Source: Vicugna vicugna (Eukaryota). From it: DNA of 64,000 nt. The notes beneath the pieces are model-generated. The model saw only the letters and a list, made by a program, of their open reading frames with translations, did not search any database and was not told the DNA's origin. Where the stretch lies: the NCBI GenBank assembly GCA_013265495.1, contig MU058418.1, forward strand, positions 682,001-746,000, read 5' to 3'. This document shows positions 12,410-25,539 of this stretch, in pieces (positions within the stretch are counted from its first letter, which is position 1; the number at the start of each line of letters is the position of its first letter). The translations under genes and the position numbers were made by a program.

Positions 12410-13415
12410 AGTGCTGCTATCTTGATTTCTAATACCATGCTTCAATAAAAGGAACCAGGTATCCTTGGAGGTATGGCTGATTCTAGGACTAGGACAGGAA
12501 ACATAAGAGATGAGCCAGAAATTAAGAAAGTACTAAATAAAAAACCACACACACAGACACACACACACACACACACACAATGAAGGGGGTAGGGACACAG
12601 GAGTCACCAGAAAGAGCTTTCAGTGGCCATATCTGGAGCAACATGAGCAACAAATGAAGAATGAAGTGATGGACTATAATGCAGAGTACACACTGAATAT
12701 CTATTGACTAAGTCAATAAAATGAGGGGGACAGACAAATCTCCCATGCATAAAAATTCTGAATATTTATTGTGGGGCATAACTCCTAACTCCTTAAGTGT
12801 GGGCCACACATGATGACTTCCTTTCAAAGAAGGCAGTATGGAAATGGGGGGAAAAGTAACTTTATGGTAGAGAAACCTGTCAAACAGCACCAGCCAGGGG
12901 AGCAAGGTCATATCCACAGTGATAAGCCATGACGATGGTACACACCCTTGAAATATAATGTGGTGGGAATGGCATCTTACCTCTGAGATCTTCTTTCCAA
13001 AAATCCGTAACCTTCTAATTGTGGAATAAACTTCAAACAAATTCAAATTGCAGAACATTTTACAGAACACTTGACCAATACTCCTCAAAATTGCCAATGT
13101 CATCAAAAACAAGAAAAGTCTAAGAAACGTTCATAGCCCAGAGGAGCCTAAGGAGACAAGATGACTAAATGTGATGAGGTATCTTGGATGGATCCTGGAA
13201 CAGAATAGGGAGAAACTAATGAATCTGAGTAAAAAGGGACATTATTTAACAATAACGTATTATTGGTTCTCTAGCTGTGACAAATATACCACAGTAATGT
13301 AAGATGTTAACAGTAGGGGGAACTAGGTGTTGGGTACATAACAAGCCTCGGTATCTTTGCAGCTCTCCTCTAAGCCTAAAACTATTCTAAAATATAGTTT
13401 ATTTTTAAAATATTA
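12410..13415 (+). mobile_element. Old L1 (L1MC/L1MD-like) 3'UTR fragment containing (CA)n at about 12546-12578
   Basis: 'aaaaacaagaaaagtctaagaaac...atcttggatggatcctggaacagaa...aaaactattctaaaata'. Confidence 0.8.
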
Positions 13416-14159
13416 AAAACAGGATCTGGCAGAATAAACTGGGTAAAATGAAGAAGGAGGGAGGAGAGGCCTCTTTCTTGGCAGCATAAGACTGGAAGAA
13501 GATTTGCTGTCCAGGACGCCTTGCTCTGACTTACAGGCGCTAATCCTGGGCCTTCAAAGCCAATAGCCCTGTACAGATGCTGGCAAAGTTGGCACCTTTA
13601 TCTGAAATTCAAAACCTCAATCAAATGGGTGTGGCAACTCCTTATCCAGGGCATGGCTGCCAATGGCTGTGCTTTGACTTGTTAAAACATCGTGGTGGGA
13701 TGAAGCAGAAGGGCAGAGGCGGCCCCTGCCAGCTGGAGTCTCAACCAAAGGGGCTGGGGAGTCTGGGATCAGCTCATCTTTCTTTTCCATTCACAGATCC
13801 AAAAATAAGGGCCTGGAGAGTTTCTTGCTCCTGCTGTCTTTCAGGGTAAGACCTCTCTAAGTCGTTTGTTAGAGAATCACTGCAAAGAGTTGGGAGGGGA
13901 TTAGTTTGCAAACTAAAGTGTGTGGCCAGGGCACACTAAAGGAGAGGGGTCAGCTGATGTAACATTCAAGTATTTTTCCAGAAATATGCAAGTGTGGCAG
14001 AAACAGACATACTAACTACACAGTATTTGTTAGACTGATAGCAAGAGGTTGGTAAACGGAGGACAAAAAAGTGGTTGGGGGAGTATAAAGATATATGGAG
14101 ACTGCACATCAGCAGAGGATGAAACAACAGAGAAAAATCTACAAATAAGGCAATGGGTA

Positions 14160-14360
14160 CATAGCTTTTTGATCTGGGTTCCAGGTCCAGCTCGGCCCCT
14201 CACTAACCCTGTTCTAATCTCATTTTAGAGTTTTAGATTCTGCCTTTCCCAGGTGTAAGGTAAGAATAATAATACCTCCTCACAGGGATGTGGCGAAAAT
14301 GAAGTGCAAACACTTAGCATAGGGCTAGTGCAAAGTGAGAACTTAGTAAATATTTATTAT
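14160..14360 (+). mobile_element. MIR SINE
   Basis: 'ctgggttccaggtccagctcggcccctcactaa...aataatacctcctcacaggg...cttagtaaatatttattat'. Confidence 0.6.
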
Positions 14361-14667
14361 GAAATTCCAGAAATACAAATGAGTTCCAAGGTTCTTATTT
14401 ATGTAGCCATGGCAGGACAGGGAAATTGCTCATCTTTCTCCTAGAAACCACCTACACTTTCTTTACTTACCACTTGGGATCACATCTTCACAAATCCTTG
14501 CAGACCCACCCTCCTACCTTACACCTCACACAGATCCGCTTTAAGAAACATGTTCCCAATTCATCTTGCAATGGTCCCTAAGTATGGCTTAGGCAGGAAC
14601 TGCCCTTTTCAAGTTGCATCATTTAAGCTAAGTCTAAAAAAGGAAAAAAAAATCACTCTATGAGGCA

Positions 14668-15810
14668 CTTACTCAACTAATATTTATGGAGCATCTACTA
14701 TATGCAGGAAACTATTATAGATGCTGAGAATACAGCTCTGAATGAGGGAGATAAGGTCGCTGTTCTCAATGAGCTAATGTCATAGCAGGAGGAGACAAAC
14801 AGCACACAATAAGAATGTAAAATTGGGATAAGTACTACTCTAGGAAGTAAAATAGTTATATGATAAAAAGGAACCAGGTGACCAGGGTAGGCCAATAAGG
14901 GGGTGACATTTACATCAAGATCTTAATGACAAGAGGGAGCCTGGGGAAAGAACTTTCCAAGCCTCCTATAGCTTGGCTTCTTCAAGGAACCAGGAAGTTA
15001 GGGTGGCTGGAATTGTGGGCAAGAGGCAGAATGATGCAAGATGAGGTTAGCTAGAGCCAAATCATGAGGGCTCTCTAAGTCAGTGTTGTAGACTGATTCA
15101 TGTCCCTCTCAAATAGATATGTTTAAAAGTCCTAATCCCCAGTACCTGTGAATGTTACTTGACTTTGAAATATGGTCTTTGAAGATGTAATCAAATTAAG
15201 ATGAGGTCATACTGGATTAGAGTGGGCCCCAATGCCAATGACTGGTGTCCTTATAAGAAGATGGAAATTTGGACACAGACACCGACACACAAGGAGAATG
15301 TCCTGTAACCACAGAGCCAGAGATTGGAATGATGCATCTACAACCAAGGACTACCAAAGATTATCAGAAACCACTAGAAACTAGAAAGAGTCAAGGAAGG
15401 ATCATACCCGAGAACCTTCAGAGAGAGCATGGCCCTGCCAACAACTTGATTTCAGAGGTCTGCCTCCAGAACTGTTGTTTTAAGCCACTCACCACTTGTG
15501 GTACTTTATCACAGCAGCCCTAGTAAATAAATTCAGTCAGATTAAGGAGTTTATATTTTATTCTGAGAGTTATGGAAACAAATCGAGAATTTTAAGAAGG
15601 GAAAGACACAACCCAGTTTTTGTTTTATAAAGATAAATATGGTTGCTCTATGGAGACTGGATGGGGATAGGGAGAGGCAAGGTGGAGAAAGGACACTAGC
15701 AAGGGGTTTATCAGGTGGTCCAGGCAAGAGGCACTGGTCGCTGAAGTAGGGTGGGAGTAGTGGGTTGAAACAATTGGTTGTATTCAAGGTGATGTGTGAG
15801 AGGAGGTGCA
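14668..15810 (-). mobile_element. L2 fragment split by an MLT1 LTR
   Basis: 'ttactcaactaatatttatggagcatctactatatgcagg' L2 tail. The L2 body resumes after 15540. Confidence 0.75.
15084..15535 (+). mobile_element. MaLR solo LTR (MLT1C/D-like)
   Basis: TG...CA termini with a perfect 5-bp TSD GTCAG (15079-15083 and 15536-15540). MLT1 motifs 'gtcctaatccccagtacctgtgaatg', 'agatgaggtcatactggattagagtgggccc'. Confidence 0.92.
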
Positions 15811-16379
15811 AAACTTAACACAACTTCTAGATTTATTCACATAAACTTTGTTTTGACAGTACGATAGTTTTAAAACATTAGCATTTTACTTGTTGCTTAT
15901 TTAGTTAACTTTGGGGAAGCAAGAATACTGGCTTGCCTCTAAGGTTCAAAACATTCCTCCTTTAATACTCAAGCAGTAAACCTTCAGACCAGGACAGAAA
16001 AGTTTCTGTGCAGAACTTCTGGGAGAGGACAAGAAGAGAAGTCGAGCATCCATATTCCCTCATCTGGGAAATGGACACTAAGAACTGACATGACTTCACA
16101 GTGCCCAACGAGCTGCAAGGAAGTGGTGAGAACACAGGACCCAGAAAGGACTGGGATTCTAACCCACCACCAACTCACATGAGAGTCTGAGCAATCCGCT
16201 CAATGTCTCTGGGCTTCATCTTTCAAAGCCATTAAATGAGGGTAGAGTTGTGGTTTCTAAGTTCTCTTCCAACTCACAATGTTGTGTATGTACCTTGAGT
16301 AAGACTACTTTTGAAAGTATTAAAGAATTTGATGTAAAACCAGTGTCAGTGCCATTTTGAATGTTGATTAAAAGAGATG

Positions 16380-18280
16380 TGGTATCCTAAATTTCTTTGC
16401 TGTTTTGTTTCAGGGAATATAGAAAACTAGGTTATTTGGATCAACTGTAAACAGCTACCAATAATGGATAAAATGTAAGGTTAGTAAAATTATTGAGGAG
16501 CTAATAATATACAAAGAAGAATTGGGCCCAAATATAGGTGAAATCTAGGCCTTGCAATTGCCATGGATCCCAGGGCTCACTCAAAGGGCTACAACCTCAG
16601 AGAAAAGGTGAGCCAGCTGTAAACTTGTCCTGCCCTACCCCCACCCCACCTAACTCTAAGGAAATCCCTGAGAAGATCTTGCCACAGGCCAGAGCTCACA
16701 CAGATTTGCAGCCCAAATGCATAGAACTTGAGTGACCAAGAAAACTTCAGCCTGTGAAGTTAGTTTAAAAATTACCCAATCTGGCAGTGCTCCCAAGTAC
16801 GTGGAAAAACAAACATAAATCATCTCTGGAGAAAGGCTCAAAGAAGTTCCCAAAATGATTTTTCAAAGTCAATGAATAGCGCAATCCAAACACACAAGGA
16901 AGTAAGGAATCAAAGCAAGAATGAGCAATAAAAACACAGCAATAAACCCCAGAAATATTTAAGATATTTCAACTATCAGACTTAGATCATAAAAACAACT
17001 GTGGTACTATGTTTAAAGATATAAAGGACAAGTTTGAAAACATCTCTGGTGAACAGAAAACTATAAAAAAAATAGCATATAAAATTTGTAAAAGAACTAA
17101 ATTTAACTTCTATAGATGAAAAATATAATAACTAAAATTAGAAACTAAATGGACAGATTTAACAGCATACTAAACGTAGCTAAAGAGAGAATTAGTGAGC
17201 CAGAATACATGTCAGAAGAGATTAACCAAAAAGTAGCATAGAGACAAATACATAAAAACTATGGAGGAGAGGTTAAAAGACATGAATATGAGGAGTTTTA
17301 ATATTAGAGTTTCAGAGAGAATGGAACAGAGGTTATATTTGAAAAGATAATGGCTGAGAATTTTCCAGAGCTGATGAAAATTCTAATCACAGTTTCCAGA
17401 AGCCCAACAAATCTTAAATAGGATGAATAAAAAAAGAAATCCACAGGTAGACACAACAGAATGAAACAGTCGAACACCAAAGATAAAGAAAAAAAAAAAA
17501 ACCCTTCAAATTAGCTTAAAAAAATACAAAACCTTACAGGGAACACTCAAATAAGCTAAAAGGATAGCCGAGTTCTTTACAACAATGAGCCCAAAGACAA
17601 ATTGAATAATATCTTCAATGTGTTGTATGGAAAAAACTAACAACTAGAATTCTATATCCAGCAAAAATATTTTTTCCAAAAATGAAGATGTAATAAAGAT
17701 ACTTCCAGACAACAAAATCTAAGAGAATTCATCATTAAAGGATCTATATTACAGAGACTTCTAAAAGATGTACTGCAGGCAAATGGAAAGTGATCTCAGC
17801 TGGAAGTCTGATATACAAAAAGGAATGATGAATTTTTTAGAAGTGGTAAATAAGCAGGTGAATCTAAGTGAAAATGACTGTACAAAACAAAAATAAGTGC
17901 TTTGAGAGATTAAAAAAGCAAAAAAAAAAAATTAAAATGTATAATGACAATAATATTCAAATGGAGAGATTAAAAAAAAGTGTCCCTAAGTCCTTGTATA
18001 TCTAGGGAGAAACAAAGGTAAAGTTAACTTTAGAAAACTCTAGTAAGGAAGCATGCTGTAATTTCTAAAGCAATCAGTAATACAATAGAAAACAGAGTGC
18101 TGGAGTAGAAAAGAATTATATACTTAAACATACAAAAGAATACAGGAAAGACAGGTAAAAAGAACACAGAATGAGTGGGACAAATAGAATATACAAAATA
18201 CAGATTTAAACCCAAATTTATCAATAATTACTTTAAATAGACTAAATGTCTAGTTAAAAGATGAAGACTATTACACAGGA
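16380..18280 (+). mobile_element. Decayed L1/HAL1 5' region and ORF1 remnant
   Basis: A-rich, with ORF1 motifs 'aaagagagaattagtgag', 'gaaaagataatggctgagaattttccagagctgatgaaa' and 'ctagaattctatatccagcaaaaatat'. No intact ORF. Confidence 0.75.
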
Positions 18281-18717
18281 TGCTATGGATTAAAGTGTGT
18301 CCCTTCCAAAAGATGTTAAAGTCCTAACCCCCAGTACCTGTGAATGTGACCTCATTGGGAAATATGATCTATACAGATGATCAAGTTAAGATGAGGTCGT
18401 TAGAGTGGGCCCTAATCCAATATGACTGTGTCCTTATAAAAAGGGGAACTTTGGACACAGAGATCGACATGCACAGAAGGAAGACAATGTGAAGACGCAG
18501 GGAGAATTCCATCCACAAGCCAAGGAACACCTGAGGCCAACAGAAGCTAGGAGACGGGGCTGCACTGGATCCTCCCTCACAGCCCGCAGAAGGAGCCAAC
18601 CTGGTAGACCTTGATCTCGGACTTCCAGCCTCCAGAACTGGGAGACAATACATTTCTATTGTTTAAGCCGCCCAGTTTGTTGTATTTTGTTACAGCAGTT
18701 CTAGAAACCAATTTACC
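18281..18717 (+). mobile_element. MaLR solo LTR (MLT1B/C-like)
   Basis: 'tgctatggattaaagtgtgtccc...agtcctaacccccagtacctgtgaatgtgacc...cttccagcctccagaactg...tttaagcc'. Confidence 0.9.
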
Positions 18718-19864
18718 AGATTCTATTTTTTAAAGTCATTTTCCCTCCCTTCCTTCCCCTCCCACCCCATCTGAGGATAGTTTTGTCCAAGTCCCTGCCG
18801 TAGCTTTCCCTGGGGGCACATTCCTCCTTATAGCTCACACTCAGTCTTCACACCAAACTCCCTCAGGGTTCTGAGGAGATGTTGCAGGGAGCAGAGCTAG
18901 GGGAATTTGAATACCCCACTGTGTTTAACCTCAGACTTTAGTCTAAAAACTTGCCTGTTGGGAATGCAAATCAGCTCCAACAACAAGAAGTTTGCAGCCA
19001 ATGACCTAATTCCATTCCAAGGAGTCAGCCTGTTTCTGGGTCTACCCACACCTTTTTCTTCCTTCCCTGGGGAGAGATTAAACATGGAAGGGATGGACGG
19101 GCCAGTATCCTTTGGCCTTGAGGACGGCTTTGGCAACATGCTCCTCAGTCAAATCTGAGCTTCCAGTTAAACAATCTTTGCACTAAAACTTCCCCAAAAG
19201 AAGAAAATTATCCAAATACAATGTACTATCCTCATCATCATGAAGACAGAAGGGGATCCTCAGAGGTGGGAGGGAGTGATCCAGCTCTCCTGTGTCTTTC
19301 AGAAGTGCAAATGGCTCAGGGATAGGATGAGGATGCTGGAGCTTTCTCCCACCAACTCTGTTGGATCCAGACTCTCCTCTGGTTCCAGAGAGGCAGTGAA
19401 ACTAGTAAAGTGCAGGGTGGGGCAGGGTGGGGGTTGGGGGAGGTTTGCTGTGCTACTACTCTGCCTGGGTGGGGCTGGGAAGAATGGTTTAATTTCCTGC
19501 TGACAGAGGGGAGCCCAGAAAAGAGACAATGAAGATGGTATTCCATGGGTACTAGGAGACAGAAGGAAGAAAAATGAAAACAAAAATCACCATCACTGGG
19601 TAAAGTGGAATTCAGAAAAACAGAGCCATCCATGAGAAGTATGTATTGGAATGCTGTCCACTCTGCCGTGTGACCCCAACAATTTTTAGTAGAGACCACA
19701 CATTTCAAGGAATGCTTGCTATGACTGAGTTTCTTACAGAGACTTGTGAGGGGACCAAGTTCTGTGCATCAACCGACATGGAATCAGCCCTGCAGATGAG
19801 AGGGGCACATGGGACATGCAGTTACAGGTATCCTGTGCATAGCAGAGCTCAGAGGAGTTGAGGG

Positions 19865-20500
19865 CTAGAGCAGCTTATTAATATTCACAAGAGATGACTG
19901 TTAAATTTTCGGGAATATTGCAAGTTGTTTGTTAAACACAGCAATTATTAAAAATTAAAGTGCATACACTTACAGAGTATTCAGTGAAGAATATCAAAGA
20001 CAAAGATAATAGATACTCAAAACTCATCACTTTCTAATTATTTTACTGTTGCATCTGTGCGGAAATACAGTTACCAGTACAGTATTGTGACACTTCTTTT
20101 ACCAACTCCATATTCAGGGGTGTCACATCAGTGCCTTGGAACTGGCCATGCTGAGAATATTTACACCTTAGCAAATGCTTCAGACAAGGGCTAGATTAAC
20201 TACTTTGTTGATTTACAGGCTTAAGAGAGTAATGGAAAATACGTTTAAAACGCAAATTAAACTTAAAAGTGTGTCTTGTCTGTAACTGTTACACTGTGAA
20301 TCGCACAAAAAAAAAAACCAAAACATTTTGTTTTCACAAAGAAGTTTCAGCAAAGAAGTAAATCACATCCTTGACAAATGAGCGAAGTTCCAACACACAA
20401 CCTTACTGTTTACATTTCTCTTACTCCTTAAGATAAGCAAAAAATATCAATGAACATTCATGTCAGAGTTATACTCAGAACGCTGGTCAGGAAACATTCA
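19865..20500. mobile_element. hAT-Blackjack DNA transposon remnant (MER63-like)
   Basis: 'ttaaacacagcaattattaaaaattaaa...tactcaaaactcatcactttctaattattttact...ggccatgctgagaatatttacacc' resembles the MER63 consensus as recalled. Confidence 0.65.
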
Positions 20501-21139
20501 CAAGATGTCTCTGTCCCAGATCACTGCTAAGCCTCACCGCTGACTTTTGCTCCAGCCCTGGGGTGAGGGCAGGGGCCCACAGAAGACGCTAGGAGAGACA
20601 TTCCCTGCCCTAGGTGCTACACAGTGTTCAGGCCAAGGGAATGGCCCCTGCCTTGTGCATGTGTAATCATTTTCCCCCACGGGCCACAGGTGGTACTTTA
20701 TACCCATCACCAGCAAGAGGAGGACCTCGAAAATAAGCACAGGAAGGGTTATCAGAGATCCATTCTTTCCTTCCATACTATTAGGCTATATTTAATGTTC
20801 ACAAATATGACTCTAAGGCAATACAAGACCCGGATAATCAAAGAAGCATTGAAGCCAATTCAACAGTTCTAATAGAAACATTTTAGAAAGAGGCTTTAAA
20901 GAAGTGTTGAAACAAACAAAACCCTTTCTACTTAAGTTTGAATATTCTCTTAAATGAGATTTTTGTGAACTTCACATTCTTGTTACAGTGTCAGGAACAC
21001 ATATTTTTCAGGGGGTGAAAAAGGACAAAAATAAGAAAGGAGGAACACAACAAAATGTTGCATTTACCCATGTTCTTTAGAAAATTATTTTCTTTATAAA
21101 GTGAATTTTCCAGTTAATGGAAGGCTGTCCTTTAAATAC

Positions 21140-21608
21140 TTAGCAGAGGTTGCTGGTTCTTCCCAAATATCCATGCTCTCTTCGTCCTTTATTAATAGAA
21201 TTCCTGAATTTTAGCTCATCATCTGGTCACCCAGCACTATATTTTCCTGCCTCCTGTGGAGCTAAGTGTGGCCAAGTGACTCAGTTCTGACCAGTGAGCT
21301 GCAAATGTAAGTGTGTGTGCAACTTTGGAGGTTTCACCCTTACAGGGAATGGCGTGCCCTCCACCTCCTCTGTCCCCATTCTGCAGGCTAGACTGGTAAG
21401 ATTGTGGGAACTGGATGAACCATTTTAGAGCATGAGGTAGAGACTTCAGGTTAAGATAGCAGAGCAACAATATAGAAGGAGCCTGGGTCCTCAACATCAT
21501 GTAGCCATTGAATCATGAGTAACATGAGAGAGAAATTAGTTTCTATCTTTTTAAAGCCATGTTATTTGGCCTTTGTTATAGCAACTGAATTTATACGCTG
21601 AATGATAA
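21140..21608 (+). mobile_element. ERVL solo LTR (LTR16-like)
   Basis: 'cccaaatatccatgctctc...gctaagtgtggccaagtgactcagttctgaccagtgag...tttaaagccatgttatttgg'. Confidence 0.7.
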
Positions 21609-24600
21609 CAATTACTAACATTTTAGAACATTTTAACCATTTGTTTTTAATATTTCAGGAATGATAGTCTTTCCAGAACATTTACACTTTTCTTAGCTCA
21701 TTAAATGAAGCAGACAGAAAATAATCTACTCATTTTTTGAATCATAATTACTATTCTGAACAATAAGGTAAAGTTGTAGAGGACTGCTGGCCCTACAGGC
21801 CATGGGACTTGGTTAATTCATGACTAACTATCAAGGATCAAATAAGAAAAAAATATATAAAGTACTCAGGCCCAGAGCATCAAATGTAGAAGTGCTAATA
21901 GGTGCTACTTACAAGTATTATTACTATTAGTATTAATTATTATTGTTGTCTGTTGGGGACAAATGGCTATCTTAAAAACCCAGCACTTTTTTCTTCCTGC
22001 TTAAATCATAAGGACACAAGCTGAAAATCCCACCATTTAGAGCCATTATAATCAGCTGTGTCTACAGAATGGCAGCTAGGGTTTGTCCTTAGTGCAGATC
22101 CTCTCTATCTCTTTAAAAAAGACCTCAGTGGTCTCTCTAGTCATGAAACGTAAGGAAAATCTACCTGATGACTTTGGGGAGTCTCTGAACCAAGGACCTA
22201 AATCAACAGCGGGTGCCTCAAACTGAGATATAAATGTTCTGTTTGACAATGAAGAAGGTTGTTCTAGTGGCAGAGTATGGCTCTTCAGAGAAAACATGAT
22301 GTTAAGAGGTTTTTGCTTCCTTTGACTGGGGTGAGAAGTGGGCAGTAAGGCCATAAAATGATGCTCTCACAGCAGTGAGCATGTCCCAGCAAAGTGGGCT
22401 GCAGGCAGGGCTAAGAGACATGGCCAGATGGGCCCTGGGAGGAGGAATGACCCAAGAACTCTGGAGTGCTGACATCTGACTGCCAATTAAGCTCTTCCTG
22501 TTCCACCTGTAATTTGTTCATGCTATTCTCAAGACTCAGAGAAGGGGTTAAATGTCACAGCCTGTGTTAGCTGCGCTTGGGTCTTAAAGGGAGAGGTCTG
22601 TGCCCATATTTGGACAAGAGAGTCCACATATGCAGGGGCACAGAGGTGATTGACAGAGCAGCTTGGGACAGCACCAAGCAAGAAGTGACAAATGTCACCC
22701 AGCACAAACCTGTGACATAATCAGCACAGCCAGGAATCCTCAGAATCTCCTGGGGAAGAGCCTGCCAAAGTCTCAACACCTACAATTTTATTATGATAAT
22801 ATTGTTAACATAAATGTATGATAATAATGTTTTGGTATAAAAAAGTTATATTGTTATTTATTATTTTATAGCATTGATAATATTATTGTGCATCTTATTG
22901 TTCTATATGATTAATGTAATATCATATAATTATACTTTCAGTATCCAGCTGTGTGTGCAGTCTTCTCCCCCAAATATCTTCCCCTTCAAATCGAAGGCTA
23001 TTAAACTGCGATAATCAAGCTTGTAAGAAACGTGTCTACAATAAAGGTAAATAGACTCAAGGGAGGGCTTGGAAGCATTTTCTTAGTAATAAAATACAAG
23101 ATCTTTAAGGGTAGACCAAGTACTATCTTATTTCGCTTGCTCAGGATTTTTTTTAAACAACTTTGTCCCAGATAGTTAAAATTGCCAAATGAGTGGCCAT
23201 TTGGTAAATGGAATGAAACTGTACAGTTTCCTTGTTGGTTTCTCCACAATTAAAACCCTTCTGTTAATGGTAAAAAGGGGCTTTGGGGTCTAAGAAATTG
23301 TCAGAATAAAACTAGAGAGACTTAATAGATTGCTAACTTTATTTTGCCAAGTAAGGACATTTTTAAAAAATTACCAAACCCTCACAACACATAACACTTT
23401 ATAAAATAAACTTTAACACCAAAATAGTAGGAAGCAGACATTTTAGAATAAAGGGTGATCCTTTAAGTGGAATCATTTTAGCTTTATAAGTCCTTTCAGA
23501 CATTTTCTCCTGTCACCACCATGAGTGGGTCGGAGCTTCATGCAGACTGGCACCTGGTTTAGAGCCGTTCTTCTCAAACACAAAGCCCATGGCTTGGGGA
23601 GCTATCTGGGAGCTGCTGGCCTGAAATAATTCCCACACATTTCCCCAAATATATGGGAGGTGGACTGAAGGAAGAGCTGTGGCCCGTTGTCCCCAGAAAA
23701 GAGACTCTCTGAGGCATGGGAATGAGCCCCACTTGCCACGTGCAGGACCCATATGTCGGCTAACTGTCCCCAAATATTTCTTCCTGCTCTGAGCTGTCTC
23801 TAAGTGTTAGGAGCATTGAAAATTGCCCTTTTCAGGAGACAGGAAAATTGCAAAGCTGGGTTCATTCCATGGAGTGAATTTCCATTTTTCCTGGCCCCAG
23901 AAATGCTGTGTCTGTCGGTAATTTTCATTCTTGGGTCACAGCTCCCAGGGGAGCAGGAGAAAGGCCAAATAGGAGAGAGAAGTTTTTAGTGTGTTTCTTC
24001 AGATCCTGGATTTGCTCCCTGGCTCTATAAACAGAAGGGCTGCCCTGCTCCAGACTTCCAGATGCAATTCCCAGACCCCAGCAACCACACAGGTAGCTGA
24101 GCAGGGAGACTTGCCCTGGACCAGCTCCGGGAGACACAATTCTGAAGCCGGTGTGCCCATGAGAAACAGGAAGCTCTCTTTGTTAGAAAAATAACCAGTG
24201 ATAGAAGACTTTACTTCAAGAAATGGCTGAGTAAAAGCTTCTTTTATTAAAACCAATGACCCCCAAATAACTTTGACTCACCTTCCCCCCACCTACTGTG
24301 TCTATTTTCCAGCAGTTGGAAGAACTGTGGAGAACCAAAGGGATAGAGGATGAATTCATTACCAATTCTTCCGGAAGCTTTGTCTTTCTGCTGACCTGAA
24401 ATAATTTCCATACATTTTCCTAAATATATGGGAGTTAATTGCCAATTTGCATTTTGGTTTGAGATTCAGATCTCAAGATGGAAACATAAGCTCTTTATTT
24501 CCAGAAAAATAAATGAAGGAAAACTTCTGAAGCTCATTTTCTAATGCCCGAAAGGCTCGTGGAAAACAACTCAATGGTCTTTCTTCTCTAGCAGACTCTT

Positions 24601-25324
24601 CAAAAACATCTTAGAGGAGAAGCTTTCCCTCGGGTTTGGGTTGCTTTATGTGATTTCAGTTCCATCAGAGGTTTTATTCTCCACCCCGCAGCCTTGCCAA
24701 GTCATTAATTCTTGAAAGAGTAACGGGATTTTTATTTTGCCTGATATGCCTGCTTGCAGCCAAATTTGACGTCAGTGCCTTTTGTAAGCAGGAAACTATG
24801 AATTAACACCCTGAATGATGAGTCCCCTTGTTGAGGCTCCGTTTGGGGAAAACTCTTCATGTCCTTTGCCACTAGCTTGCTCTCATTATTAATTTAAATG
24901 TCTCAGGAACATCATCTGCTTCTACTAAAATTAATGACAAATGAGTTCTGGAAAGTGACTTCAAGAGCCGCCCTCGTAAGAACAGTCAGGGGAAAGCTCA
25001 GTGTCTGAAACGCTAATTGAGATGCGAGGTTTAATAATGTGTGTTTAGCTATGACCCTAAAATCTGTTCGCCTTACAGCTTTCCCCATCTGGTGCAATTT
25101 GCTTTCTCCACTTGTAAAAATGCACACAACAGCGACAGCATGCATTGTGAGCCATGTTGCAACAATGAAGCCTCGTCTGTCACATGCTTCACTGAGAGAA
25201 ACTTATTTCTCATCCTGTCTTTACCCCGCTTCCAACCTCTCATCACATTTTGCATTGGAGTTCTGCCCAAGCACCATGCCCCAGCCCAATCCCACTTTGG
25301 AGAAAGGAGATGATGGAGCCGTAC

Positions 25325-25480
25325 CTTGTACCCGGGTTTCCGCCCTCTTTTCTTTGGGATCTTCACTGCTGGTAAAGAACCAGCTGAAGCAGAATAAAGG
25401 TTATGAACTGCCATCTTCATAGGTGTTGAGTGAAGTGGGGGTCGGCCTCTCTTTCTCCCCGGGATCCTCTGAGACTGCAT
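25325..25480 (-). CDS. SCML4: SCML4 first coding exon (exon 2), codons 1-52; basic AT-hook-like/RBR region
   Basis: Translates MQSQRIPGRKRGRPPLHSTPMKMAVHNLYSASAGSLPAVKIPKKRGRKPGYK, matching the SCML4 N-terminus as recalled. 156 nt, ends AAG|GTACGG (phase 0 donor at 25324-25323). Confidence 0.97.
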
Positions 25481-25539
25481 GTCTGCTGGTGCCAGTCTTA
25501 CAGAAGGAAGTGACAAATCGCTCACAGGCAGAAGAGGTG
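25481..25539 (-). other. SCML4: SCML4 exon 2, 59-nt segment upstream of the ATG (5'UTR)
   Basis: Acceptor ...ctaattcttag|CACCTC with AG at 25541-25540, preceded by a T-rich tract (ttttgttttgctttgtgtc). Confidence 0.85.

Noticed and set aside
25073..25324. Read-through of exon 2 into intron 2 for about 84 codons
   Set aside because: A canonical donor AAG|GTACGG ends the homology, and the extension resembles no known protein. There is no evidence of intron retention.
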